Assembly: GCA_945862315.1 (NCBI GenBank)
Contig: CAMAXW010000007.1
Coordinates: 3,773-67,772 of the forward strand
Direction of reading: 5' to 3'
Length of the DNA: 64,000 nt
Source of the DNA: Klebsiella pneumoniae
Lineage (GTDB): Bacteria; Pseudomonadota; Gammaproteobacteria; Ga0077536
A program made the translations under genes and the position numbers. A model generated the notes under the pieces. It did not search any database, had not been told where the DNA came from, and saw only the letters and a list, made by a program, of their open reading frames with translations. Position 1 is the first letter of the stretch. Each line of letters starts with the position of its first letter. Below, one piece after another: positions 29,953 to 39,628 of this stretch.

Positions 29953-29965
29953 GCTGCTGTGCAAT
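29953..29965. promoter_or_regulatory. Candidate PhaR operator half upstream of phaR
   Basis: gctgctgtgcaat matches gctgctttgcaat (32836-32848, upstream of phaP) at 12 of 13 positions. It is embedded in the inverted repeat TTGCA-N11-TGCAA (29944-29964). Confidence 0.3.
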
Positions 29966-30027
29966 TTAGATTCAGGGCAAGCTACTCAGGAAAATAGAGA
30001 TTTTAGCGCTGGCTCAAAAGGAGTTTT

Positions 30028-30243
30028 ATGCCGCCATTGGGGAAATATCCAGCGCGAGGAACCGTGCGGCCGTCCGGCTGGCTGCGCCATGACCATATCG
30101 TCCAAGTGGTACTCAACGCCGCAGCTTCCCCCACCGGCCACAGCGCCGGAAATATCTTGCTTGGCACTCCCCACTACCGTGCCCAACCGCAAATACTGAA
30201 CTCACCCGGCCAGCAGGCCAACATCGGGAGCCGTGATCTATGA
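30028..30243 (+). CDS. Hypothetical 71-aa ORF translationally coupled to phaR (speculative)
   Basis: AAGGAG lies 4 nt before the ATG. The stop TGA overlaps the phaR ATG as ATGA. Third-position GC looks host-like. I recognise no family. Confidence 0.2.
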   Translation: MPPLGKYPARGTVRPSGWLRHDHIVQVVLNAAASPTGHSAGNILLGTPHYRAQPQILNSPGQQANIGSRDL

Positions 30244-30746
30244 CTGAGAGCGCAATTAACAAGCGGGTGATAAAAAAATATCCGAATCGCCGCCTTTACG
30301 ACACCAACGAGAGCAAGTACGTCACGCTAAATGACGTTCGCAAGCTCGTGCTAGATGAGACGCCTTTTTGTGTGATCGATAAAAAATCCGGCGAAGATAT
30401 TACCCGTAACATCCTGCTGCAAATCATCATTGACCAAGAAGACGGGGGCGACCCCATTTTCTCAACCGATGCGCTCCAACAATTGATCGGTTTTTATGGC
30501 AACTCGGCCCGTGGCATGGCAGGGGATTTCATGCGGACCAGCGTCAATGTGCTGTATGAGCAGCAAAAACAGCTACAAAACCAATTCACCACCGCACTGG
30601 AGACCAATCCTATCTCCGGCATGTTTGCCGAGACCGCCAAACGTAATATTGAGCTCTGGCAGGGAATCCAGGAAAGCGTCATGAAATCGAGCGGTTTGTT
30701 CAGGCCCGATCGCAGCACCCAGCCAGAACCACCGTTAGACGAATAA
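30240..30746 (+). CDS. phaR: Polyhydroxyalkanoate synthesis repressor
   Basis: The N-terminus IKKYPNRRLYDTNESKYVTLNDVRKLV is the PhaR DNA-binding signature. Confidence 0.85.
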   Translation: MTESAINKRVIKKYPNRRLYDTNESKYVTLNDVRKLVLDETPFCVIDKKSGEDITRNILLQIIIDQEDGGDPIFSTDALQQLIGFYGNSARGMAGDFMRTSVNVLYEQQKQLQNQFTTALETNPISGMFAETAKRNIELWQGIQESVMKSSGLFRPDRSTQPEPPLDE

Positions 30747-30758
30747 CTCGTCGGCAAA

Positions 30759-30787
30759 ACGGTTCCGCCGAGTCTCGGCGGAACCGT
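30759..30787. terminator. 13-bp perfect stem hairpin between convergent phaR and pckG
   Basis: The sequence is acggttccgccga-gtc-tcggcggaaccgt. Confidence 0.6.
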
Positions 30788-30799
30788 CCACCGCCTGAC

Positions 30800-32560
30800 C
30801 TAGGTGGCAGCAGACCGAGCAAATGCGCCCCTAATGCGCGCTATTTGTTGCAGTAATGCTGCGGGTGTCCGGGTACCGAAACTCGCAAAAAACGTTTCCA
30901 AGTCGTCCATTTCTGCGGACCAAACACTGGGATCCACAGCCAGCAAAGCGTCTAGCGTTTGCGCGGAGACCGTTAAACCGGTGAGGTCCAGATCCTCGGC
31001 CCGGGGCATCAAGCCCACGGGTGTGCTGAGGGCCTGCGCCTCACCGGCACACCGTTCGGTGATCCACTTCAGCACCCGCATATTGTCGCCGTAGCCCGGC
31101 CACATAAAGCGGCCCTCAGCGTCTTTGCGAAACCAATTGACATGGAAGATTTTAGGCGGCTGCGAGGCACGTTCCCCGACACTCAGCCAGTGCGTCCAGT
31201 AGTCCGCAAAGTTGTAGCCACAGAAGGGTTTCATCGCCATGGGATCGCGGCGTACCTGACCCACCTGCCCCGCAGCGGCGGCGGTCGTTTCGGAGGCCAC
31301 TGCGGCCCCCGCAAAAACGCCGTGCTCCCAGTCCAACGATTCCAGCACTAAGGGCGCCACCGTCGAGCGGCGACCACCAAAGATAATGGCCGAAATAGGG
31401 ACGCCTTGCGGCATATTGGCCTGCGGGGAATAGCTAGGGCATTGCGCCGCCGCAACCGTAAAGCGGGCATTCGGATGCGCCGCGGGTCCATTAGCGGGAT
31501 CATGCGGGCGCCCCTGCCAATCAATCAATCCGGCGGGCCTATCGCCATCGATACCCTCCCACCAAGGCTGTCCATCGGCGGTCATTCCCACGTTGGTGTA
31601 CAGGGTGTTACGACCTAAGGTCTGCATGCAGTTGGGATTGGTTTTTAGGCTGGTGCCTGGCGCCACCCCAAAAAATCCTGCCTCAGGGTTAATGGCCCAC
31701 AGCCGGCCGTCTTCGCCTAGATGCAACCACGCGATGTCGTCACCCACGGTCCAGACTTTCCAGCCGGCATAGGCCGCTGGTGGCACCAGCATGGCCAAAT
31801 TGGTTTTGCCACACGCGGAGGGAAACGCCGCCGCCACATAGGTGGTCCGCCCGGTGGGGTCTTCAATACCCAGGATGAGCATATGTTCAGCAAGCCAGCC
31901 TTCCGTGCGCGCCTGCCAACTGGCAATCCGTAGGGCATGACATTTTTTGCCCAACAACGCGTTGCCACCGTAGCCCGAGCCTATGCTCTTGATGAGCAGC
32001 TGCTCCGGGAAATGCATGATGTAGCGCCGCGCGGGGTCAAGGTCACCGATGGAGTGCAAGCCTTTCACGAACGAATTTCCCGCCTCGATGTGCGCCAGCG
32101 CGCGCGTGCCGGTTCGCGCCATGATGCGCATATTGGCGACCACATAGGGGCTGTCGGTAATTTCCACGCCGGCCCGCGAATACGGCGAGCCGTAAGGGCC
32201 CATCAGATACGGAATGACGTACATCGTGCGGCCGCGCATACAACCGGCATAGAGCGCATCGACGATCTGGTGGCCCTCAGCTGGCGCCATCCAATTATTG
32301 TTGGGCCCCGCGTCTGCTTGCGCCGCGGTGCACACAAAGGTTAGGTGCTCGACTCGCGCCACGTCGTTCGGATTAGAGCGGTGCAGGTAGCAGTTGGGAT
32401 GCGTCTGCTCGTTCAGGCGCAGTAACGTGCCGTCGGCCAACATGCTGTCGGTCAGCTGCTCATTTTCTTCATCAGAACCATCACACCAGTGGATGTGCGC
32501 AGGTTGTGTGAGCAACGCGGTCTCTTCGACCCACGCCGCTAGTTCGGGATTTTTCGTCAT
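30800..32560 (-). CDS. pckG: Phosphoenolpyruvate carboxykinase (GTP-dependent)
   Basis: It is ~586 aa with the kinase-1a region AAFPSACGKTN and the C-terminal part of the GTP-PEPCK architecture. The start was set at MTKNPELAAWVEE. Confidence 0.92.
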   Translation of the reverse strand: MTKNPELAAWVEETALLTQPAHIHWCDGSDEENEQLTDSMLADGTLLRLNEQTHPNCYLHRSNPNDVARVEHLTFVCTAAQADAGPNNNWMAPAEGHQIVDALYAGCMRGRTMYVIPYLMGPYGSPYSRAGVEITDSPYVVANMRIMARTGTRALAHIEAGNSFVKGLHSIGDLDPARRYIMHFPEQLLIKSIGSGYGGNALLGKKCHALRIASWQARTEGWLAEHMLILGIEDPTGRTTYVAAAFPSACGKTNLAMLVPPAAYAGWKVWTVGDDIAWLHLGEDGRLWAINPEAGFFGVAPGTSLKTNPNCMQTLGRNTLYTNVGMTADGQPWWEGIDGDRPAGLIDWQGRPHDPANGPAAHPNARFTVAAAQCPSYSPQANMPQGVPISAIIFGGRRSTVAPLVLESLDWEHGVFAGAAVASETTAAAAGQVGQVRRDPMAMKPFCGYNFADYWTHWLSVGERASQPPKIFHVNWFRKDAEGRFMWPGYGDNMRVLKWITERCAGEAQALSTPVGLMPRAEDLDLTGLTVSAQTLDALLAVDPSVWSAEMDDLETFFASFGTRTPAALLQQIARIRGAFARSAAT

Positions 32561-32792
32561 CAATTTTTCTCCAATGCGCGCCCGCCGACTGAGCCTCCTC
32601 AGGCACAACGATCGCTAAACAACACCGCTCAAGAGCGAAACAGCAGCCACTCTAATCCAATCGACACCCTAATTTGAAGGAATCTGCGACTTGCACGAAC
32701 AATTACTCACATTTTTCCGGTTCATTCTGGTCGTCCTTGCCGCGCTGCAAAATTGGCCGGCACCGCGAAGGTAAAAATCTCTTAAAAATGTG

Positions 32793-32822
32793 TTGACACC
32801 GCTTCGACACGATCGCTATGCT
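32793..32822 (+). promoter_or_regulatory. Candidate sigma70 promoter of phaP
   Basis: TTGACA, an 18-bp spacer, then TATGCT. It lies 55 nt upstream of the phaP ATG. Confidence 0.4.
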
Positions 32823-32849
32823 GCGTCGCACAAATGCTGCTTTGCAATA
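32818..32849. promoter_or_regulatory. Tandem 16-bp direct repeat overlapping the phaP -10 region (candidate PhaR operator)
   Basis: atgctgcgtcgcacaa is followed by atgctgctttgcaata, 12 of 16 identical. It is TGC-rich, as reported for PhaR sites. Confidence 0.35.
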
Positions 32850-32877
32850 ACCCCAAACAGATCAGGAGCACACGACC

Positions 32878-33258
32878 ATGGACAATTTCAGCACTCAACG
32901 TGACGCGTTTATGAAAGCTGCCCTGGAATCTGGCAAAACGCTGGAAGCACTCAACAGCAAGTTTTGGGGGAATTTGTCCAAAACTCAGACCGCTTTTTGC
33001 GAGGGTGCTTTGGAGACCGCTAAACAGTGGGCCTGCAATTTTGAGCAACACAAAGCGTTGCCTGAATTATTTGACGCCCAGAGCAAATTGGCCGGCGATT
33101 ACAGCACGCGTCTGATGGCGACGAGCCGCGAAACCACCGACATGTTCTTGGCGGCACGCGAGGACTACAAGGGCTGGTTCGAAAAAGGCTTCCAATTTTT
33201 TACCACTCAGGCCGAAGCCGTCATGGTCAAGCCGGTGGTGGTCCGTAAAGCGGCTTAA
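32878..33258 (+). CDS. phaP: Phasin (PHA granule-associated protein)
   Basis: It is 126 aa, helical and Ala/Lys/Glu/Gln-rich with a phasin-like N-terminus. It sits between phaR and phaC. Confidence 0.65.
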   Translation: MDNFSTQRDAFMKAALESGKTLEALNSKFWGNLSKTQTAFCEGALETAKQWACNFEQHKALPELFDAQSKLAGDYSTRLMATSRETTDMFLAAREDYKGWFEKGFQFFTTQAEAVMVKPVVVRKAA

Positions 33259-33344
33259 TAGCGCGCTGCGGAAAATTTTCGAGACGACGCCGTCTCTCCC
33301 TCTCTCTCTCGTTTGACCTCCCCTCTGCCCTCGTCGATCGGCCT

Positions 33345-33373
33345 CCCGGCCGGTCTTCGGGGGTGCTTTTTTT
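33345..33373 (+). terminator. Probable intrinsic terminator of phaP
   Basis: A GC-rich bulged stem (ccc..ccg/cgg..ggg) is followed by a T7 run. An additional hairpin gagacg-acgc-cgtctc at 33281-33296 is followed by a CT-rich tract. Confidence 0.45.
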
Positions 33374-33427
33374 GTAGCGCACAGTCGCTCGACCCCCACC
33401 CTTAGCACCACGCCAAGACAGCCAGTT

Positions 33428-34492
33428 TTACGCCGCGCTCCGCCGTTCTAGCCACTGCGCTATCGTGCGCGCGACCAAAGTCCGCGCCGCACCCACATAA
33501 ATACCAATATGGCCACCTGGCACCGCCAGTTCCTGATAATCCGTGGTCGAAATTTTACCCGCCAAAGCCTGCGCAGACGCCGGCGGCACCAGATGATCGG
33601 CACGGGCATAAATATTGAGCACCGGCATGGTTATTTGGTCTAGCGCCACGCCGTGCCCGCCGACACGCAAACGCCCTTCACACAAAGCGTTGTCGCGGTA
33701 AAAGTCACGCGCAAACTCTAAAAGCGCCAAAGCCGCCAGATCGGGGCTGTCGAAAATCCATTTTTCCATCCGCAGGAACGTCGTTAGCGCGGCGGGGTCG
33801 GCCATTTGGTCGACTAAGTCCACGTATTTCTGGTGTCGCAGGCGATAGGGTTTTAAAGTCAGAAACAGGCTATTGAGCGCATCCCCGCTGAGGTTCTGCT
33901 CGCCCAAGCGGTTGCTATCGACGTGGCGCAACAAGTGACTGAGAAGGTCGTCCGGGGTGTGGAAATCAACCGGCGTCACCGTCAGCACCAGATTTCGCAC
34001 ACGGGCCGGGTTGAGGGCGGCATAACACAGCGCAAACGTGCCGCCCTGACAAATCCCCATCACATTGATCGGCCCGGCAGCAGCCAACCATGCAACACAG
34101 TCCGCCAGATCGCGATTGATGTAGTCGTGCAAACCACGGTCGCGATCGAGCACCGTGGGGTCCTCCCATTCAATCAGGTGGACATCCACACCCTGCGTGA
34201 GGAGCGCTCTCACCAACGAGCGATCGGGCTGCAAATCGGCGATCGAGGGACGATTCACCAGCCCGTAGACGATTAACGTTGGCACCGACTGCACCTGGTC
34301 CCGCAGGGGTGTGTAACGGAACAGACGGGCTTTACCGCAGCACAACACCAAGGTTCGGGCAGAGCCGCCCGGCAACGGATTGGGATCGGGGTGGGTGTGC
34401 AACGCGGCCATTCCATGGGACACCGAACGCTCCCACTCGCCCAGTTCTTGCCGCAAATCGGCCCAAGTTAAGTCAAGTCGCGGCATCGGCAA
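33428..34492 (-). CDS. phaC: Class III poly(R)-hydroxyalkanoate synthase, PhaC subunit
   Basis: It is ~354 aa, the class III size. The lipase-box-like motif with catalytic Cys is GICQGG. It is adjacent to phaE. Confidence 0.88.
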   Translation of the reverse strand: MPMPRLDLTWADLRQELGEWERSVSHGMAALHTHPDPNPLPGGSARTLVLCCGKARLFRYTPLRDQVQSVPTLIVYGLVNRPSIADLQPDRSLVRALLTQGVDVHLIEWEDPTVLDRDRGLHDYINRDLADCVAWLAAAGPINVMGICQGGTFALCYAALNPARVRNLVLTVTPVDFHTPDDLLSHLLRHVDSNRLGEQNLSGDALNSLFLTLKPYRLRHQKYVDLVDQMADPAALTTFLRMEKWIFDSPDLAALALLEFARDFYRDNALCEGRLRVGGHGVALDQITMPVLNIYARADHLVPPASAQALAGKISTTDYQELAVPGGHIGIYVGAARTLVARTIAQWLERRSAA

Positions 34493-34534
34493 GCTCCCGA
34501 TCGACCGCCAAACCTAAGCGAACCGCCATCGCTA

Positions 34535-35440
34535 TCACAGCCCAGCTTTCCCATCTGACTTGCCCCGCGGCTGGCGGGGCTTCTTTGGGGACGTTGCGGG
34601 CAGGGGACCAGACGCCACCTTGGGCTGCCGGCGCGCGCCTGCGACGCCCGGCGGGCTGCGCGGCCGTGGCCGCGTTGCATCGACGACCGGCGGCACCCGT
34701 GAGACAGCTTCTAACGCCGCCACCCGCTGCCCCAGCAACACAAATTCTGCCAGCGTGGGGATTCCCAGCAACGGTACGCTGCGCTGCGCCCAGGCCTGCA
34801 GCGTGGCGCGCAGCCCCAAGCTCGCGTTGAGATATTCACCGAAGGTTTGCGCATAACTGGGCAGCCGCGCTTGTGCCAGATAGGCCGTTTCTAAGTGGTC
34901 GATAAACGCCTCATAAAGGCCCCGCAACGAGGCAATGGGCGGCCCGTCGTCTTCGCGCTCTAGGCTTGCGCTAAAAGCGACGACGCCAGCCCGCAGAGCC
35001 GCCCACTGAGCTAACTGCAACGCCACTGCCGCCAGCCGCTCTGCCCGCTGTGCTGCCACCAAGGTGGCGTAAGCGTTTTGCCATTCACGGGTCACACCGA
35101 AAGCCGGCCACCGGGGCACCGCGGGCACTTCTCCCGCAGCGACCGCGGCCAGTAGGGCGGCGTCGATGCCTTGGATGAAGCGCTTCAGTAACCTTTGGAG
35201 TGCCGGCGTGATAGTGGCGTTCCGCCGTCGCCCGCGCGCCGAGGGTTCCCCGTAGGCAGATAGCAGCTGCGCGAACAGCCCAAACGAGGTCCACGGCGTG
35301 CTGCCCGCCACCTCGCCGGCAAATTTTTCCCACAGCGCCCAAGTGGCCTCCTGCGGGAGTTCGCGCCCAAGACTGGCCCACTGCAACCAGTTATCCAGGA
35401 ATTCTGCCTGCAGGCGCTGCCAGTCCGCTTGGGGTTGCAT
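34535..35440 (-). CDS. phaE: Class III PHA synthase PhaE subunit
   Basis: The N-terminus DWQRLQAEFLDNWLQW resembles Allochromatium PhaE (DWLELQRKYWDNW, from memory). It lies immediately upstream of phaC. The start was set at 35440. Confidence 0.7.
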   Translation of the reverse strand: MQPQADWQRLQAEFLDNWLQWASLGRELPQEATWALWEKFAGEVAGSTPWTSFGLFAQLLSAYGEPSARGRRRNATITPALQRLLKRFIQGIDAALLAAVAAGEVPAVPRWPAFGVTREWQNAYATLVAAQRAERLAAVALQLAQWAALRAGVVAFSASLEREDDGPPIASLRGLYEAFIDHLETAYLAQARLPSYAQTFGEYLNASLGLRATLQAWAQRSVPLLGIPTLAEFVLLGQRVAALEAVSRVPPVVDATRPRPRSPPGVAGARRQPKVASGPLPATSPKKPRQPRGKSDGKAGL

Positions 35441-35456
35441 GAGCCTGCCCGAAGGT

Positions 35457-37394
35457 TTACTGGGTGTGGCGGTTCGCGAGCAAATCCTCGACCACCGCCG
35501 GATCTGCCAGCGTACTGATATCACCTAGGTTGTCGATTTCATTGGCAGCGATTTTGCGCAGAATTCGCCGCATGATTTTACCGGAGCGGGTTTTCGGCAG
35601 ACCCGGTGCCCACTGGATGATGTCCGGTGCCGCAAGGGCGCCGATTTCTTGGCGCACGTGCGCGATCAATTCCCGGTTAAGCGCGGCATCAGGCACGAGC
35701 CCGTGCATCAGGGTCACGTAGGCGTAGACGCCTTGCCCTTTTATCGGGTGCGGATAACCGACCACCGCCGCTTCCGACACGGCCCGGTGAAGCACGAGCG
35801 CACTCTCGATTTCCGCGGTGCCCAAGCGATGCCCCGACACGTTCAGCACATCGTCGATGCGCCCAGTGATCCAGTAATAACCATCGGCGTCGCGGCGCGC
35901 GCCATCGCCCGTGAAATAGGCCCCGGGGAACATGGCAAAGTAAGTTTCTTTAAAGCGCTGATGATCACCATAAACGGTGCGCATCTGCCCAGGCCAAGAG
36001 TTCTTGATGACTAAAGCGCCAGCTGCCGGACCCTGTAGCTCGTTGCCTTGTTCATCGAGTAGCGCCGGCTCAATGCCAAAAAATGGCAGGGTGGCGGAGC
36101 CGGGCTTCAAGGCGCATGCGCCCGGCAGCGGCGTAATGAGGATGCCGCCTGTTTCGGTCTGCCACCAAGTATCGACGATCGGGCAACGCTGATCTCCCAC
36201 CACCCGGTAGTACCACTCCCAAGCCTCAGGATTAATGGGTTCGCCCACCGAACCGAGCAAGCGCAAAGAGGCGCGGGAATGCCGCTTAACGGGTTCGTCG
36301 CCGTGGGCCATCAAGGCGCGCAATGCCGTGGGCGCGGTGTAAAAAATGTTGACCTGATGCTTATCGATAACTTGCCAGAAACGCCCGCTGTCCGGCCACG
36401 TGGGCACGCCCTCAAACATGAGGGTGGTGGCGGCGTTAGCGAGTGGGCCGTAAATAATATAGGTGTGGCCAGTGACCCAGCCCACATCCGCGGTGCACCA
36501 GTAAATATCGCCATCGTGATAATCGAACACGTATTTGTGGGTCATCGCCGCGTAGGTGAGGTAACCCCCGCTGGTGTGCAGCACGCCTTTGGGTTTGCCG
36601 GTAGATCCGGAGGTATATAGGATGAATAGCGGATGTTCGGCGTCCACACTAACCGGCGGACACTCCGCACTGGCGCTCGCGCTCGCCTCGTGAAACCACA
36701 CATCGCGCCCGGCCAGCCAGTCGATCGCACTACTGGTGTGCCGCACCACAAACACGGTGTGCACATTGGGACATTCTTTAAGCGCCAAATCGGTGTTGGC
36801 CTTCAGCGGAATGGAGCGCCCGGCACGCAGGCCTTCATCCGCCGTAATCACCACCTGACAATCGGAATCCAGGATACGGTCTTTCAATGCTTCGGGGGAG
36901 AAGCCGCCAAACACCACGGAATGCACGGCGCCAAGGCGCGCGCAGGCCAGCATGGCCACCGCGGCTTCCGGGATCATCGGCATGTAAATCGAGACGCGAT
37001 CGCCTTTGCGCACGCCACGCGCTTGCAGCGCATTGGCAAAACGACAGGTGGCTTCGTGCAGTTCGCGGTAGGTCACCCGACGCGTCTGACTCGGATCGTC
37101 ACCCTCCCACAGAATGGCCGTTTGGTCGCCCCGTGTGGCTAGGTGTCGGTCAATGCAGTTGTAAGCCACATTGAGTTGCGCACCCTCATACCAGCGGATG
37201 TCAGCTTGATGAAAATCCCAGTTGGAAACCCGATCCCAGGGCCGGTCCCAAGTGACAAATTCTGCGGCTTGCGCGGCCCAGAAACCGTCGGGATCGGCCA
37301 GCGATTGTTGATACATCGCGGTGTATTTTTCACTGGTGAGATGCGTGCGGGCCAAGGCTGCAGGCGCAATGGCATAGACGGTTTCTGCGGACAT
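35457..37394 (-). CDS. acs: Acetyl-CoA synthetase (AMP-forming)
   Basis: It is 645 aa and contains [18 protein letters not shown] and the C-terminal [11 protein letters not shown]. The start was set at MSAETVYAI. Confidence 0.93.
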   Translation of the reverse strand: MSAETVYAIAPAALARTHLTSEKYTAMYQQSLADPDGFWAAQAAEFVTWDRPWDRVSNWDFHQADIRWYEGAQLNVAYNCIDRHLATRGDQTAILWEGDDPSQTRRVTYRELHEATCRFANALQARGVRKGDRVSIYMPMIPEAAVAMLACARLGAVHSVVFGGFSPEALKDRILDSDCQVVITADEGLRAGRSIPLKANTDLALKECPNVHTVFVVRHTSSAIDWLAGRDVWFHEASASASAECPPVSVDAEHPLFILYTSGSTGKPKGVLHTSGGYLTYAAMTHKYVFDYHDGDIYWCTADVGWVTGHTYIIYGPLANAATTLMFEGVPTWPDSGRFWQVIDKHQVNIFYTAPTALRALMAHGDEPVKRHSRASLRLLGSVGEPINPEAWEWYYRVVGDQRCPIVDTWWQTETGGILITPLPGACALKPGSATLPFFGIEPALLDEQGNELQGPAAGALVIKNSWPGQMRTVYGDHQRFKETYFAMFPGAYFTGDGARRDADGYYWITGRIDDVLNVSGHRLGTAEIESALVLHRAVSEAAVVGYPHPIKGQGVYAYVTLMHGLVPDAALNRELIAHVRQEIGALAAPDIIQWAPGLPKTRSGKIMRRILRKIAANEIDNLGDISTLADPAVVEDLLANRHTQ

Positions 37395-37566
37395 GGAGCC
37401 TCCTGAAGATAGTGCGGCAAGCCGGTGTGCCACCGGTCGGCATCGAGTATAGCCAAGGCTGGCCGCCCCCACACGCTGAGCGCGTCGCGGCGCCGCATTG
37501 CGCGTTGCGGCGGCCAACGCTTAAGGTAGTGGTCTCACTTTTTTTAACCCATCGTTAAGAGCCAGC

Positions 37567-38565
37567 ATGCCCATGATCGAACCGCTCCATACCGCGCTCC
37601 TCGCTGTTGCCGAGGCCTGCCACGTCGCGCGCGCCGCGCAGCGCAATCTCCAGACTCTCGCCCGTCTGACCAAAGACGATTTTAGCCCGGTGACGCTAGC
37701 GGATTTTGCCGCGCAAGCAGTGGTGTGCCTGCGCCTACGCGCGGGACTCGGCCAGTATGCATTGGTCGCCGAGGAGTCGGCCAGCGACTTACGGGGCGCG
37801 GCTCAGCGTGAAATGGCCGACGCCGTGACCCATGCGGTGAGTGCCTTATGGCCGAATATCGACAGGGACGGGGTGTTGGATGCGATCGATGAAGGTAACC
37901 ACGACGCCACCGCCAACCGCTACTGGACGCTCGATCCCATCGACGGTACGAAGGGTTTTTTGCGCGGCGGGCAGTACGCCATTTCGCTGGCGCTCATTGA
38001 AAACGGCGTGGTCGTCGCAGGGGTGCTGGGCTGCCCCAATTTAGGGATGGATTTCGCGCGCTCATTCGACCAACCAGACCCGGCGGGCACGCTCTTCTAC
38101 GCCACCCGCGGCGGTGGCGCGTGGTGCATCCCGGGTCTCGATGTGCAGGCAGCGCCGCACCGCATCGCGATCACGCTGGGGCGACCGTTAGCCAGTCTGC
38201 GGATGTGCGAGTCGGTGGAAGCCGGACACTCGCGGCTGGACAGTGCCTCGCAGGTCCGCGAATTTCTGCAAGCAACCGGCAAACCGGCGCGCTTGGACAG
38301 CCAGTGTAAATACGCGGTGGTGGCGCGTGGCCAAGCCGATGCTTATTTGCGCCTCCCCACGCGCAGCGATTACGTCGAAAAAATCTGGGACCACGCCGCC
38401 GGGATGTTAGTTGCGCAGGAGGCCGGTGCGCTGGTCACCGACATCGACGCGCGGCCGCTCGATTTCTCGTTAGGTGCCGGGCTGTCCGCCAACCGGGGAG
38501 TGGTTTGCGCACCACCTGATGTGCATCCGGCGCTGTTGGAGGCCATTGCCCGTCTCGATCCCTGA
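37567..38565 (+). CDS. 3'(2'),5'-bisphosphate nucleotidase / inositol-monophosphatase family (HAL2-like)
   Basis: The metal-site motifs WTLDPIDGTKGF and WDHAAG are present. Confidence 0.75.
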   Translation: MPMIEPLHTALLAVAEACHVARAAQRNLQTLARLTKDDFSPVTLADFAAQAVVCLRLRAGLGQYALVAEESASDLRGAAQREMADAVTHAVSALWPNIDRDGVLDAIDEGNHDATANRYWTLDPIDGTKGFLRGGQYAISLALIENGVVVAGVLGCPNLGMDFARSFDQPDPAGTLFYATRGGGAWCIPGLDVQAAPHRIAITLGRPLASLRMCESVEAGHSRLDSASQVREFLQATGKPARLDSQCKYAVVARGQADAYLRLPTRSDYVEKIWDHAAGMLVAQEAGALVTDIDARPLDFSLGAGLSANRGVVCAPPDVHPALLEAIARLDP

Positions 38566-38708
38566 AGCCGGCCGCCGCCAGCGCAGCGTTTGTCAGCCAC
38601 GGGGGCACCTGCTAGGGTTAACTGCCCACGTTGCTGGCGCGCAATGAAAGTCGCCTACCGACGTACACGCTGGAGTTAACAAAAATAAAGCAAAGTCAGG
38701 AGGACCTC

Positions 38709-39407
38709 GTGAGCCGAAAAGCCTTGCAGCCGCCCTATCGTGTTTTGTTAGTTGAGGATCATAAATTCATCGCCGAAATGCTGGCCACGCGGCTCAGCGC
38801 GGACCGCACCATCCAAATTGTGGGGATTGCCACTTCTGGTGCCGCCGCTGAACAAATGGTCAGCCAACAGCATGTCGACATCGTCTTGCTCGATATCGAA
38901 CTGAAACAGGAAACCGGCACAGGGGTCGCCAAACGTTTGCTGGCGTTACAACCTGACATCCGTATCGTGGGTCTCTCCGCCCACGACCAAGACTGCTATC
39001 CGCTGGCGCTGTTACAACTGGGCGCGGTGGGTTTTTTGTCCAAGCACATTTCAACCCACGAGATTGCCGAAGGTGTTCGGCGCGTCGCTGCGGGTGAAAT
39101 GGCGATAAGCCCAGGGGTGGCGGCTTTTTTGGCGACGCAACGCGCCAATTCGGATCCTTTGGAGGGGCTCGCGCTGTTAACCCCCAAGGAAACCGAAGTC
39201 CTCACCCTGCTGGCGCAAGGCTTGTCCGTCAAACAGATTGCTAACCAACTCGTGCTAACGGCTAAAACCGTACAGACCCATCGCAAAAATCTGCGAAAAA
39301 AACTTAACGTGACGACCGATGTGGATTTATGTTTGATCGCCATCAAGGCGGGGTTGCTCGACTTGCATCGAACAGGACCCGGCGCGCACCCAGTGCCCGA
39401 GGTTTAA
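38709..39407 (+). CDS. NarL/FixJ-type response regulator (REC + LuxR HTH)
   Basis: The receiver domain contains VLLVEDH...DIVLLDIEL. The HTH is LTPKETEVLTLLAQGLSVKQIANQL. The start is GTG, 5 nt after AGGAGG. Confidence 0.85.
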   Translation: MSRKALQPPYRVLLVEDHKFIAEMLATRLSADRTIQIVGIATSGAAAEQMVSQQHVDIVLLDIELKQETGTGVAKRLLALQPDIRIVGLSAHDQDCYPLALLQLGAVGFLSKHISTHEIAEGVRRVAAGEMAISPGVAAFLATQRANSDPLEGLALLTPKETEVLTLLAQGLSVKQIANQLVLTAKTVQTHRKNLRKKLNVTTDVDLCLIAIKAGLLDLHRTGPGAHPVPEV

Positions 39408-39619
39408 GGGAGCCCCGTCCACACGTAATACACCGCACAGGCCAACAACGTGACGCGCCCCCAAAACGTCAGCCAGCGCTGACGCCCAAATCGGCCTGCT
39501 GCCAGCGCCAGCAGGCCAATGATGAGCGTTAGTGCAACGGTTAGTTCTACAAAGGCATCGGTAGTCGGCGCCACAAAAGCCTGTGCATCGGGAGGTACCT
39601 GACTTTCGAGATAGCGCAT
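39404..39619 (-). CDS. Small (71 aa) two-TM membrane protein, last gene of the ykvI-like/ridA operon
   Basis: Codon usage looks host-like. AAGGA lies 7 nt before the ATG and overlaps the ridA stop. There are two hydrophobic helices. Confidence 0.45.
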   Translation of the reverse strand: MRYLESQVPPDAQAFVAPTTDAFVELTVALTLIIGLLALAAGRFGRQRWLTFWGRVTLLACAVYYVWTGLP

Positions 39620-39628
39620 GCTGGATCC

